From the NCBI RefSeq assembly GCF_001194135.2, contig NC_068985.1, positions 63,740,212 through 63,784,584 of the forward strand: a DNA stretch of 44,373 bases. Direction: 5' to 3'. Of this stretch, positions 24,964 through 35,314 are shown piece after piece. Under the pieces are notes generated by a model. That model was not told where the DNA came from. It ran no database searches and worked only from the letters and a program-made list of their open reading frames with translations. The stretch is from Octopus bimaculoides (lineage: Eukaryota). Positions within the stretch are counted from its first letter, which is position 1; every line of letters begins with the position of its first letter. The translations under genes and the position numbers were made by a program.

Positions 24964-25476
24964 ATTACAAGGAAAAATGTGAGCATGAAAAGTAATATTC
25001 TTAAGATTATAAACCTGGAAAAGTACAGAGCAAGTTATTACACCTGTAACAGTATAGGACAAGCTATTACTTCTAGTAAAGTAAAGAATAAGAAACTTTT
25101 CACTTAAAATATTGCAGCTAAAATTAAAATTTGAATATTAAAACTTATTTTATTATAGTTTACAGATAACACTATACTTATTTAAGTAGAATTTGGCTAA
25201 TTTACTACCTTAAATACAGAAAAAAGTGACTAATTAGACAAACTTACAAATTAGCTGAACAGTTTTGTACATTGAATTTAAAAGATGAGAACTGTGATAA
25301 ATCAGAAGAACTAGCATTCTTTGCTGCAATATTTTAAGTAAAAAGTTTCTTATTCTTTACTTTACTTGAAGTAATAGCTTGTCCTATACTTTTACAGGTG
25401 TACTGACTAGTCCTGTACTTTTCCAGGTTTATAATCTAAAAAATATGACTTTCATGCTCGCATTTTTCCATGTAAT
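24964..25476. mobile_element. Foldback / MITE-like element with ~150-bp inverted arms
   Basis: 24971-25118 is the reverse complement of 25323-25469, with long exact blocks (agattataaacctggaaaagtacag; gtataggacaagctattacttc; agtaaagtaaagaataagaaactttt). Confidence 0.88.
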
Positions 25477-25557
25477 ATATATTATGTATATATATTTATG
25501 TTTGTGTGTCTTTGTTTGTCATCCTACCATTGCTTGACAACTGATCTTGGTTTTTGC

Positions 25558-26285
25558 TAGGTTAACTCTGAGGCCCTGCGATTCTAGACCTTGCTTCCAC
25601 ACCTCAAACTTCTTCTCTGGTTCAGGTAGTGATTCAGCTATAAGAGCAAGGTCATCAGCATAAAGGCGCTCTGTGACTTTCATCACCTGATCTAACAATC
25701 TGACACCTCTGTAACTATTTCTATCTAAGGCATCATTGGTTAACTATATGGGTGACTAGACCATAGCCTACACTGTCAGATATTTTAAGCATCTCAGTGA
25801 TGATTCCTTATGGGTAAGGGGCTTTCCCTGTCTTCATATCATTAATTGCTTTATTTACCAAGGTATTGTCAATTCAGATAGCTGGTCCCTCAGTTGGGTC
25901 AACATTTGGCAGACTCTCTTTCTCCCAATCATTCTCTTCATTTAGCAGCCTTTCATAGTGGTGTTTCCAAGTTTCTTTCTTTGCAGCATCATTAAATGTA
26001 AGTGAACCATCATCCATGCAGACACATTTCTCTCCTATGACATCACAATTTTCTCTCACATACTGTCTTGCAATTCAAAACACTTCAAGTCTCTGGTCCT
26101 CATGATGCAGAACATTAGCAAACCTCTTCTTTTCTGCTTCCCCTCTAGCTAAGTATACCTGTCTCCTAGCTTCCCTTCTGGCTATCTGATACAGTTCCCT
26201 GCTATCACCACACTTCCTTCCAGTCCTTCCAGGCCTGTTTCTTTTCTCTAATGGCCCTGTCAGCTACATTGTTCCACCACCATGT
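25558..26285 (-). mobile_element. RTE-clade LINE ORF2 fragment with internal deletions
   Basis: KETWKHHYERLLNEEN..., KAINDMKTGKAP, SYRGVRLLDQVMKVTER fused to LYADDLALIAES...GLRVNLAK. Confidence 0.85.
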
Positions 26286-26856
26286 CACCTTAGGTTGAGA
26301 GGGGACTATAAAAGAAATAACAGAAATGAAAAACAGTTTACTGAATCCCAGTCTTGTTTAATTAGCAATCTAAATGCTGTTTTAGCAAGAATCCTATTAA
26401 GATGTGAACTTAATAGTTCAGGACCATGACCTACCATAATGCTATAGGACCATGACCTACCATATGCTTCAATGGTTTGGCCAATCGCTAGTGGCTAACT
26501 GGTTAAGGTTCAGGCACCAAACTTCAAAGAAAATGTGTTTGTTTTCCTACCAAATAGCTTGATTGACAGTTTGGAAAAATTCACTTGCAGTTATAAAAAG
26601 CTGACAAATTCAACCTCAAACTAGAGCCACCCAACAATCCACACAAAACTATGTTGCTCTGTTTAGTGAGTTGGTCTCTTGCTTTCTTTTACTTTTCTTA
26701 ACAGGCTTGTGTCATGTTGCTGAATATCTCAAGTTGTGAGATTTAAAAATAGTAATCTTCTAGGCTTGTGTCATGTTTGACAAAAGGTAGCAACCTTGAA
26801 TTGAAGAGTCAGATCATGTACATATTACTTATAGTAGTTTTATCTCTTTCTACTTA

Positions 26857-28069
26857 TGAGGGAAGGCTGAAAAGTTCATAGCCAGACTACAAAAGAGTGA
26901 TGCTGGAGCTGTGAAATCTTGCATGCATTAATTTCAACTCTTCCTATTAATAACTGCATTTCTTTCCAGGAAAACTGATATCTGACTGTTCACAGAACAC
27001 TTCAAAAGTAACTAGTAGCGACTTCTCTTGAAAACTGACAAAATTTGGCATCATGGTGTTATGAAGTATCTGCTGAAAAGGGCTTTAGCTCCCAAGGACA
27101 TTCATGCTAACATGGTTGCTACGTTCAAGAATGACACTCCAGTTTAAAAATGGGCAGCTGAATTTAGAAGAAGAAAGAGTTTTGATGATGACCCAATGTC
27201 TGGACAACCTGCAACTGCCACCACCAAGGAAAATATTGATTGTGTTCACTACATGCTGATGAATGACAGGGAATTGACTATAAATCAAATAGCCAATGCT
27301 ATTAGCATCTCCTATGAACTTGACATGATGAACTTGACATGATGAAGGTTTCTACGTAGTGGTTTCTAACACTTGATCAAAAATGCACCAGGCTGATCAC
27401 AGCACATGAAAATCTGACATTGCTTGAAGCAGATCCAGCTGGTTTCCTTGAATGTCTCCTAATTTATGATGAGTGCTGGCTTCATCACTTTGAGCCAGAG
27501 ACACATACCTCCTCACCTTCTTCAAAGAAGGCCAGGGTCATTTCATCTTCAGGGAAGGTGATGGTTTCACTTTTGGGGTATGCAAAAAGCATTGTATTTA
27601 CTGACTATCTTCAAAAGGGCCACACCATCAATGAAGAGTACTATGCTAATTTGCTGAGGCAGTTATGAAAGGCTATTAAGACCAAATGTCCAGGAAAACT
27701 GATGAAAGGGGTCTTGTTTCATCAGGACAATGTTAAAGCACACAAGTCCTTAGTTTCAATCACTGCTGTGCATGACTGTGGCTTTGAGTTGGTTGATCAC
27801 TTTCCATATTATCTTGACTTGGCTCTATCTGACTATCGTCTATTCCCCAACATGAAAAAACACTAGGCTAGGAACCAATAGCACAGTGATGCTGATGTCA
27901 TATCTACTGCTGATGACTGTTTTAAGCAATAGCATGAAAGTTTCTTCACCAATGGGATCTAAGCAATGCAACACAAATGGAAGAAGTCTGTGGACAGCAA
28001 CAGGGACTATGTTGAAAAATTAACTTCATTTGGTCACATTCCATGAGAGTAGCTTGATCAGCCTATGAA
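26857..28069 (+). mobile_element. Degenerate mariner (DD34D) transposon
   Basis: Left TIR TA-tgagggaaggctgaaaagttcatag and partial right TIR tcagcctatgaa; remnants DECWLHHFEPET, HQDNVKAH, PYYLDLALSDY. Confidence 0.85.
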
Positions 28070-28471
28070 TAACCTTGATCAATAACCATGATCTATTTTC
28101 ATAAAATTATCTTGCATGATGTATTACAAAAGATTTCTATTATTTTTGTTATCTCATGAACATTGTTCCATTAAATTATTTATATGTATATTTATATGTA
28201 CTTTTTTTACATATAAATATAAATGATGTAGTTTAATAAAATATACAGAAAATTAAATATTAGTGAGGTCATTCTTGTTTTCATATGCAACCTACCTAAT
28301 ATTGTGAAGAACCAATGAATGAATTAATTTATAATAATTATTATTAAAGCTCCTCACTAAACTGTAATATAAAATATCACATAACAAAAACTGCAATTCT
28401 TTCCATGATTTAAACTTTATACATTTATATTTGTTCATGCTGCATTCAGAGAAGTTTAAGTCTTCACTAAC

Positions 28472-28600
28472 CTCATCAAATATATCACAGACTCTGTAAG
28501 GAGGACCACGTTCAGCCACAAATGTACTGAAACTCATACAATCCAGGACACGGCAAGCAAATTCATCATCAACCATTGCTCGCTGTCCAAGAAAATAGGC
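28472..28600 (-). CDS. SBF2: SBF1/SBF2 coding exon, 129 nt
   Basis: ttgtttcAG ... GTtagt. AYFLGQRAMVDDEFACRVLDCMSFSTFVAERGPPYRVCDIFDE (AFLGQRG...ERGPPYR.CD.FDE). Confidence 0.96.
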
Positions 28601-28647
28601 CTGAAACAAATACAAACAGAAACAATGAACTTATGACAAGATTATTA

Positions 28648-29459
28648 TTAGGTCGTCAAGTATGAAATCTGTAGAAAAGAAGAAAAAGTTTGCTAATGTT
28701 TTATAAATACCAGGAATAGTTTTATTCATTAAACTATGCACACATATTATCAATACACTTTTGCCATGTCAGCGGTATCCTGTCCAGCTTGGAACTGTAA
28801 AAGCCTGGCAATCTAGAGTCAATAAAACCTTGGAAGGCCTGTTTTACAGCATCGTTGGAATTAAATTTATTTCCTATCAAAAATTTAACCAAATGCTGGA
28901 AGAAGTGGTAGTCAGTGAGGGCAAGATCAGGTGAGTATGGTGGATGATGGAGATCTTCCAACTCCAACTCCTGTAGTTTCACCAATGTCATTTTTGCAAT
29001 GTGTGGTCTGCCATTGTCTTGCAATAAAATAGGAGTGGCTTTCAGTTCGTCATTATTCACCTTTGTTTCTGGTCAACTGCGTTGCTCATTTGTGACGTCA
29101 AAGTTACCAGAACGAAATTTTGCAAACCAATTTGATACTGTCTGCTGTGTTATTATATTAGAATGAAATACTCCATTAATATTCCAAGCTGTCTGTGATG
29201 CTGTATTTCCAAGAAAGAACTCATATTTCAAAACTGTATGAATTTCCAACTTATCATCCATCTCTAAACAAAAATAGCAAAACATGACTTATAAATATTT
29301 TATAAAGCACTAAATTAGTTAGAATAAAGAACTAGTTGTATCAGCCTTCTAACAAAAAATAAAGATTGTCAAAATATAATAATGGTGCAAAATGAGCAAC
29401 TGTCAAAGTTTACCTTATACAAAGTTTACCTTATACAAATTTCATACTTAACAAGCTAA
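28648..29459 (-). mobile_element. Internally deleted Mos1/Hsmar1-like mariner with both TIRs
   Basis: TIRs tattaggtcgtcaagtatgaaat (28646-28668) and atttcatacttaacaagctaata (29439-29461), 20/23 complementary. HTH ...VSNWFAKFRSGNFD joined to LLQDNGRPH...HPPYSPDLALTDY. Confidence 0.9.
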
Positions 29460-29603
29460 TAACATGTCTGCAGTGAAGATAACTTAAAACTTTTTTTTTT
29501 CTCTGAAGAAACTTACACATTAGGAAAAGTAATGATTTGAAACAATTAGTGTTTAACAGACTGTGAGGGAATGAAGAAATCAAGAACAATGTTGAATTCT
29601 TAC

Positions 29604-29717
29604 TTTATGGAAAGTTATAAATGGTTCTGGATGGATACGAATCAATGTGAGGCAGGAACGATATCCAGTGAACAACTCAGCAAACAGACGGATGAAAACA
29701 GCACGGATTTCTTTGTC
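29604..29717 (-). CDS. SBF2: SBF1/SBF2 coding exon, dDENN, 114 nt
   Basis: ttattaacAG ... GTaaga. [38 protein letters not shown] is a near-exact match to SBF [23 protein letters not shown]. Confidence 0.96.
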
Positions 29718-30074
29718 CTGTTAATAAAATAAGCACTAATTATTAACTGGTGTAATTTACTTTATTTAATTAATATTGGTGAAGACAAACGCTTTTATGT
29801 CAGCAATGATGATATATTTTAGGGATCAATAAGTTCTGACTTTCAATCAGTTCAAACGTTTATGTTTTGTGTATCCAACACAATTATAATGATCAGTCAA
29901 ATGTCCTAGAACAATACAAAGATCAATCACAGATAATATTTTCTAGTCATATTCTTTCATTTTAGATGTGTATAAAATCTATGAACTACAAATTTAGTTA
30001 TTTTCAAGCAGATCAAAGGGAAGACATTACAGTGGTGTCACATGAAATAATAAATAACAGGCATAACACTAAAA

Positions 30075-30273
30075 ACAATTCCTTCTACCATAGCAACAAA
30101 GCCTGAAATTTGGGGTTGAGGGATTATATAAGACCCGGTGCTCAACTGGTATATATTTTGTTCACCTTGAAAGGATGAGAGGAAAAGTCGACCTTGGCAG
30201 AATTTGAACTCAGAATGTAAAGACAGACCAAATGCTGCTGAGCATTTCGACCAGTCTGCTCAGCATACTACCT

Positions 30274-30305
<32 letters not shown>

Positions 30306-30530
30306 ATAATAATAATAATAATAATGGTTTCAAATTTTGACACAGGACCTGCAATTTTGGGGAGGAGTAAGTTGATTACACTGACCCCAGGGTTCAACTG
30401 GTACTTATTTAATCGACCTCCAAAGGGATGAAAAGCAAAGTCAACCTTGATGGAATTTGAACACAGAATGTAAAGACAGGTGAAATGTTGCTAAGCATTT
30501 TACCCAGTGTGCTAATGATTCTGTCAGCTT
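30075..30530 (-). mobile_element. Two tandem SINE family C copies separated by (TAC/TAA)n
   Basis: Both match 548-779 in reverse. Confidence 0.78.
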
Positions 30531-31224
30531 GCTGCAATAATCTTACATATACAATGCAATGTGTGTCTCATCGGTCACACTGGGGAAAGAAGGGTAAAAC
30601 AAGAAATGGAGTGGAAGTGAGTGACAGTCAGAGACAGCAAAGCAGGTGAACAGCATTTAAAAGTTTTGCTCTGAAAACACTGGTATTTTAATCAAAATAA
30701 AAGTACAAATTTTTATCGTAAATTGAATTTACCGGTTAGACATACACACACAATTATATGTATGAAATTAAATATTAAACACTTTTGTTTTCAAAATATC
30801 ATCATTATGTGAACAAGTATACGTATTTATCTCCATGTATATACTTACATCACATACATACAAAATCCCATATATACATGTATAGATATATCTGGTAAAA
30901 ACTTAGTTTATGCATTAATTAAATCTAAACAAAAGAAATTTATATGATAAATTAAAACGTACGTTTTTTACGATTATATATAAGGTAAATACAGGGGAGA
31001 TAACTATTTTTCAATTTAAGGGAACAAAATAAAAAATGAAATCTACTAAATATGGGAAACAATGAGCTAAAATACAACAAAAGAAGATAAATACAAATGA
31101 AATATACTAAATAGGAAAAATGAGATAAAACAATAAAATTCAATAAGATAAATAGACTATATCTTCTAATAAACTACCAGAGATACCTGGTGTTGTTCGG
31201 GACTAAAATGGCATGGTTTTCTAT

Positions 31225-31486
31225 TGTTTTACTTGTTTCATTCATGTGACTGTGGCCATGCTGATCAAAGAAATCGACCCCAGAATTCATCCTTTGTAAG
31301 CCAAGTACTTATTTTATCAGTGTGTTTTGCCACATGGCTAAGTTACAGGGACGTAAACACAGCAACATCAGTTGTCAAGCAATGGTGGGGGTACAAACAC
31401 AGACACACACACATAAATATACACCAGTCTTCTTTCAGTTTCCGTGTACGAAATCCATTCACAAGGCTTTGGTGGGCCTGAGGCTA

Positions 31487-31487
<1 letters not shown>
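31225..31487 (-). mobile_element. SINE family A, truncated by a (GT)n(AT)n tract
   Basis: Homologous to 2964-3365. Confidence 0.75.
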
Positions 31488-31550
<63 letters not shown>

Positions 31551-31851
31551 TGAACATTTAAACACATAAGAGGTGACCATCATAGGACACCTAGCACGCT
31601 AGGAGTAGCCAAAATCCAAACCACTATTAGGGATTAATTTCGATGGGAATGAAAAATAAATACATTTACCATCTATCTCCTGGACCACATATATATATAT
31701 ATATATATATNNNNNNNNNNNNNNNNNNNNNNNNNNNNNNNNNNNNNNNNNNNNNNNNNNNNNNNNNNNNNNNNNNNNNNNNNNNNNNNNNNNNNNNNNN
31801 NNNNNNNNNNNNNNNNNNNNNNNNNNNNNNNNNNNNNNNNNNNNNNNNNNN

Positions 31852-32058
31852 ATATAAGAGGGATGACCACTAGGTGGACATCCAATATGCTAAATGTAGA
31901 CCGCATATGGTCTGACCACTAAGAAAAAATTGTTCTCAGCGCGCTTACGTTCTGGCGTTTGCCGAATTTTCTTGAGAACAATTTTTCTTAGTGGTCAGAC
32001 CATATAGGGTCTACATTTAGCATATTGGATGTCCACCTAGTGGTCATCCCTCTTATAT
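31852..32058. repeat. Near-perfect inverted repeat (~87-bp arms, 34-nt loop)
   Basis: 31852-31938 versus the reverse complement of 31973-32058 differs by two substitutions and one indel. Confidence 0.92.
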
Positions 32059-32385
32059 GTATGTAATATAATTTTTCAGAATCTTTCAGATTTTTTCAAT
32101 ATGCTACGCCACTGGTTAAAATTGATATTAATCAAATTAATATCAATTTTTTACCCTTATTATTTAAATATTATATAAATGCTCTTAGCTAAGTTTTTCC
32201 TTGGGGCTGGCCAGATTGGAGCAATATCGAGAATAACCAGCTGAAATTACAAGGATAATCTGGATCTCGACTGAAGAAAACTCCGAATGACCTGTCCATG
32301 TTTTCTTTCTATCGTCTATTTGAATGTTTTGTCCCTTTCTTGTATCACCTGTCTGGATGTTTTGTGTTCTTGTCCCATTCTGTAT

Positions 32386-32446
<61 letters not shown>

Positions 32447-33659
32447 GCATAGCGGTGTACATACACCTTGTCTCTTATATGTAAGTATAAGTATAAATAT
32501 ATATATATATATNNNNNNNNNNNNNNNNNNNNNNNNNNNNNNNNNNNNNNNNNNNNNNNNNNNNNNNNNNNNNNNNNNNNNNNNNNNNNNNNNNNNNNNN
32601 NNNNNNNNNNNNAACACATAGAGAGATGTGCAGGTAACATCAAACCAAATTTCACAGTTTTCTCCTCCAACCAGTACAAAGATACAATTTCATTACAAAA
32701 ATAAAGAAAATTTATTCATTGAAAAATACAGAACACGTCTAAATATGCACGTATAACTAACTTTGATCTCTATACACATTTTAATTCACAATTACATACC
32801 CATTACTGTACATATTTCCCCCAACTACTCTAGTTTTTGAATTTGTGTGTGTGTGTATATATATATATTCTCCCCCTACCAAAAGATGAACAATTATCTC
32901 CCCCTCTCCACAATAATAATAACCAATTACCTCTTCTTAGAGTTTTCTACTTGTTGAATCATTCATTCATAAACTTCACACACAACATGGACAAAAAATT
33001 TTTTTTTTAAATACGTACTTAAATAAATTTTAATGTCATGATTAGTGAAAATGAAACCAGTCAACAAACACAATATAAGATATATCAAAAATTATATTAA
33101 AACTACGTAAAGTGTGTGCATTTTCCTTCTTTAATTTCTTAAATATATATAAATGCTTAATTTTAGAATGGTGGCAGCTGATGAAGGAAATGTTCTCTAT
33201 GTGGCCTGTGTGTTTTCTGTGCTCTGTTTATGTTCTGTTTCTCTTTTTGCCCATGTTTTCTTGACATCCTGTACCCAGATATGCATCTATATATACATGT
33301 AGATGTAGGCATGTACATACATGTACGTATATATGCATATACTTACATATTATTTGTATTATACAAATATATATATATATATATATATAAACACACACAG
33401 ATATTTACTACATTGTTGATATTTATCAATGGTTTCTCTCATTGTGTTGATGTGCCATTTTTTATCATTAATAAAACTTTGGAGTAAAGATTGTTTGCCA
33501 ACACAACATGGCAGTCTTGGCTTAGTACGAATGTTGTGGTAATTTAGCCCCAGGAGACATCGTCTCCAGCTGGGTATATGACACAATCTGTGTCCTTGTG
33601 TATTTTTTTTTCTTTTTTTTTTCAAACAAGGGAATCTAGCACCCCCACTCAGCTCAAAA

Positions 33660-33716
33660 CAATATCTGTGTATCACGATTTCCAGGTTATTTCCCTTCAT
33701 CAGCACAGAATATTTG
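33660..33716 (-). ncRNA. Putative minimal type I hammerhead ribozyme, copy 1
   Basis: Minus strand: caaauauUCUGUG CUGAUGA a-GGG-aaauaa-CCU-g GAA AUCGUGAU A CACAGA uauug. Conserved CUGAUGA and GAAA boxes, 6-bp stem I extendable across a bulge, short self-complementary stem III, AUA cleavage triplet. The 10.1-11.1 pair is non-canonical (A.G). Confidence 0.72.
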
Positions 33717-34012
33717 TTCGGCAAGAGGTGACACTGCCAAATTCCCATTCAAAATATATAGTTTTCAAAGTGACAACTAGTCACTGATCTATAAATCAGA
33801 AAATTACTATTTGTAAATCTCACAACAAGAGATATTCAGCAACAATACTTTGGAGTAAAGATTGTTTGCCAGCATAACATGGCAGTCCTGGTTTAGGATG
33901 AATGTTGCTGTAATTTAGCCCCAGGAGACATCATCTCCAGCTGGCTATACGACACAATGTGTCCTTATATTTTTTCGAACAAGGGAACCTAGCACCCGCA
34001 ATCAGCTCAAAG

Positions 34013-34068
34013 CAATATCTGTGTATCACGATTTCTGGGTTATTTCTCTTCATCAGTACAGAATAATT
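34013..34068 (-). ncRNA. Putative minimal type I hammerhead ribozyme, copy 2 (more degenerate)
   Basis: Minus strand: uuCUGUa CUGAUGA aGaG-aaauaa-CcCa GAA AUCGUGAU A cACAGAuauug. Same cores, with A.C mismatches in stems I and II. Confidence 0.55.
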
Positions 34069-34339
34069 GTTTGGCTAGAGGTAGCGTTGCCAAATTTCCA
34101 TTCGAAAAAATATAAGGACACAGATCGTGTTGTATAGCCAGCTGGAGACAATGTCTCCTGGGGCTAAATTACAGCAACAATCGTCCTAAACCAGGACTGC
34201 CATGTTATGTTGGCAAACAATCTTTAGTCCAAAGTATTGTTGCTGAATATCTCTTGTTATAGTAATTTTCTAATTAATAAAACTGTTGGCATTTTTGACA
34301 ACACAGGTATGCTAGTAGTAATGATGATAATGATGATGA

Positions 34340-35165
34340 TGGTTTCAAATTTTGGCACAAGTCCAGCAAAACCTGACTGATACTTTATTTTATGAACCCT
34401 GAAATGATGAAAGGTAAAGTTGATCTCAATAGGAATTGAAGTCAGAAAGTAAAAAGTCGGGACAAATATGGCAAAGCTTTTTTCCAGTATACCAATGATT
34501 CTGCCAGATTACTGCAATGACGATGACGAAGATGATAATGATGATGCTGATGATGACAACAACAAAGATAAGATGATGATGATAACAAAGATGATGAAAA
34601 ACACAATAATGATAACAACAACAACGATGATAATGATGATATAAAAAACAATGATAAATGTATCAAAATTAAAAAGATTAAAATATATTATCATAGCTGT
34701 GCCATATCAACACATGAACAACCAAGAAATAACATAATTTGATCAATCTGTAATTGATACTAATCCAGTCCAGTCAATTATCTTTTATTTCATTCACTCA
34801 ACTGTGACCATAACGGAGCACCACTTCAAAGAGTTTAGTTGAACAGTTCAATCCCTGTACTTATTTTATTTTTTAAGTCTGGTATTTATTCTATCAGTCT
34901 CTTTTTGCTGAACTGATATGTTAAAAGGACATAAATAAACCAATCCCAGTTGTCAAGCAGTGGTGGAGACAAAGATACACACACACGCACATGTATACAC
35001 AACAGGATTTTTTTCAGTTTCCATTAACCAAATCCATTCACAAGGCTTTGGTTAGCCCAGGACTATAGTAAAAGACAACTGCTAAAGGTGCCATGCAGTG
35101 GGATTGGTCCTGGAACCATGTGGTTGGGAAGTAAATGTTTTACCACACAGTCACACCTGTACCTC
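34340..35165 (-). mobile_element. SINE family C remnant, (GAT/AAC)n low-complexity tract and SINE family A
   Basis: Family C at 34340-34510, trinucleotide tract at 34515-34650, family A at 34785-35165. Confidence 0.7.
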
Positions 35166-35236
35166 TTATCTGCCTAAAAACAAAAATGTCTAAATTTGCA
35201 AACTTATTCAACCAGAATAAATAGTAAAATACAAAC

Positions 35237-35314
35237 CTTTCTGTCCATGGGTTTTGGCTTTTTAGGTGGTGCTGGGAAGGCATCATCTGCTGTGAGTAGT
35301 TCTGGTTTGATAAT
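35237..35314 (-). CDS. SBF2: SBF1/SBF2 coding exon, 78 nt
   Basis: cttgtAG ... GTttgt. IIKPELLTADDAFPAPPKKPKPMDRK (cf. ILHPDLEVADHAFPPP). Phase 0-0. Confidence 0.9.

Larger units (their letters stand above)
33467..34284 (-). mobile_element. Non-autonomous Penelope-like / retrozyme-like tandem element with inverted tail and 12-bp TSD
   Basis: Two tandem units starting at ctttggagtaaagattgtttgcc (33477 and 33848), an inverted partial unit at 34101-34272, and the direct repeat attaataaaact at 33467-33478 and 34273-34284. Confidence 0.65.

Noticed and set aside
32255-32300. CTGAAGA...CCGAATGACCTGTC as a hammerhead
   Set aside because: Has GAAT instead of GAAA, an incomplete stem II and no stem I complement.
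33170-33260. Plus-strand CTGATGA motif (gcagctgatgaaggaaatgttctc) as a third hammerhead
   Set aside because: No correctly placed GAAA after a stem II and no stem I/III pairing. At most a decayed relative.
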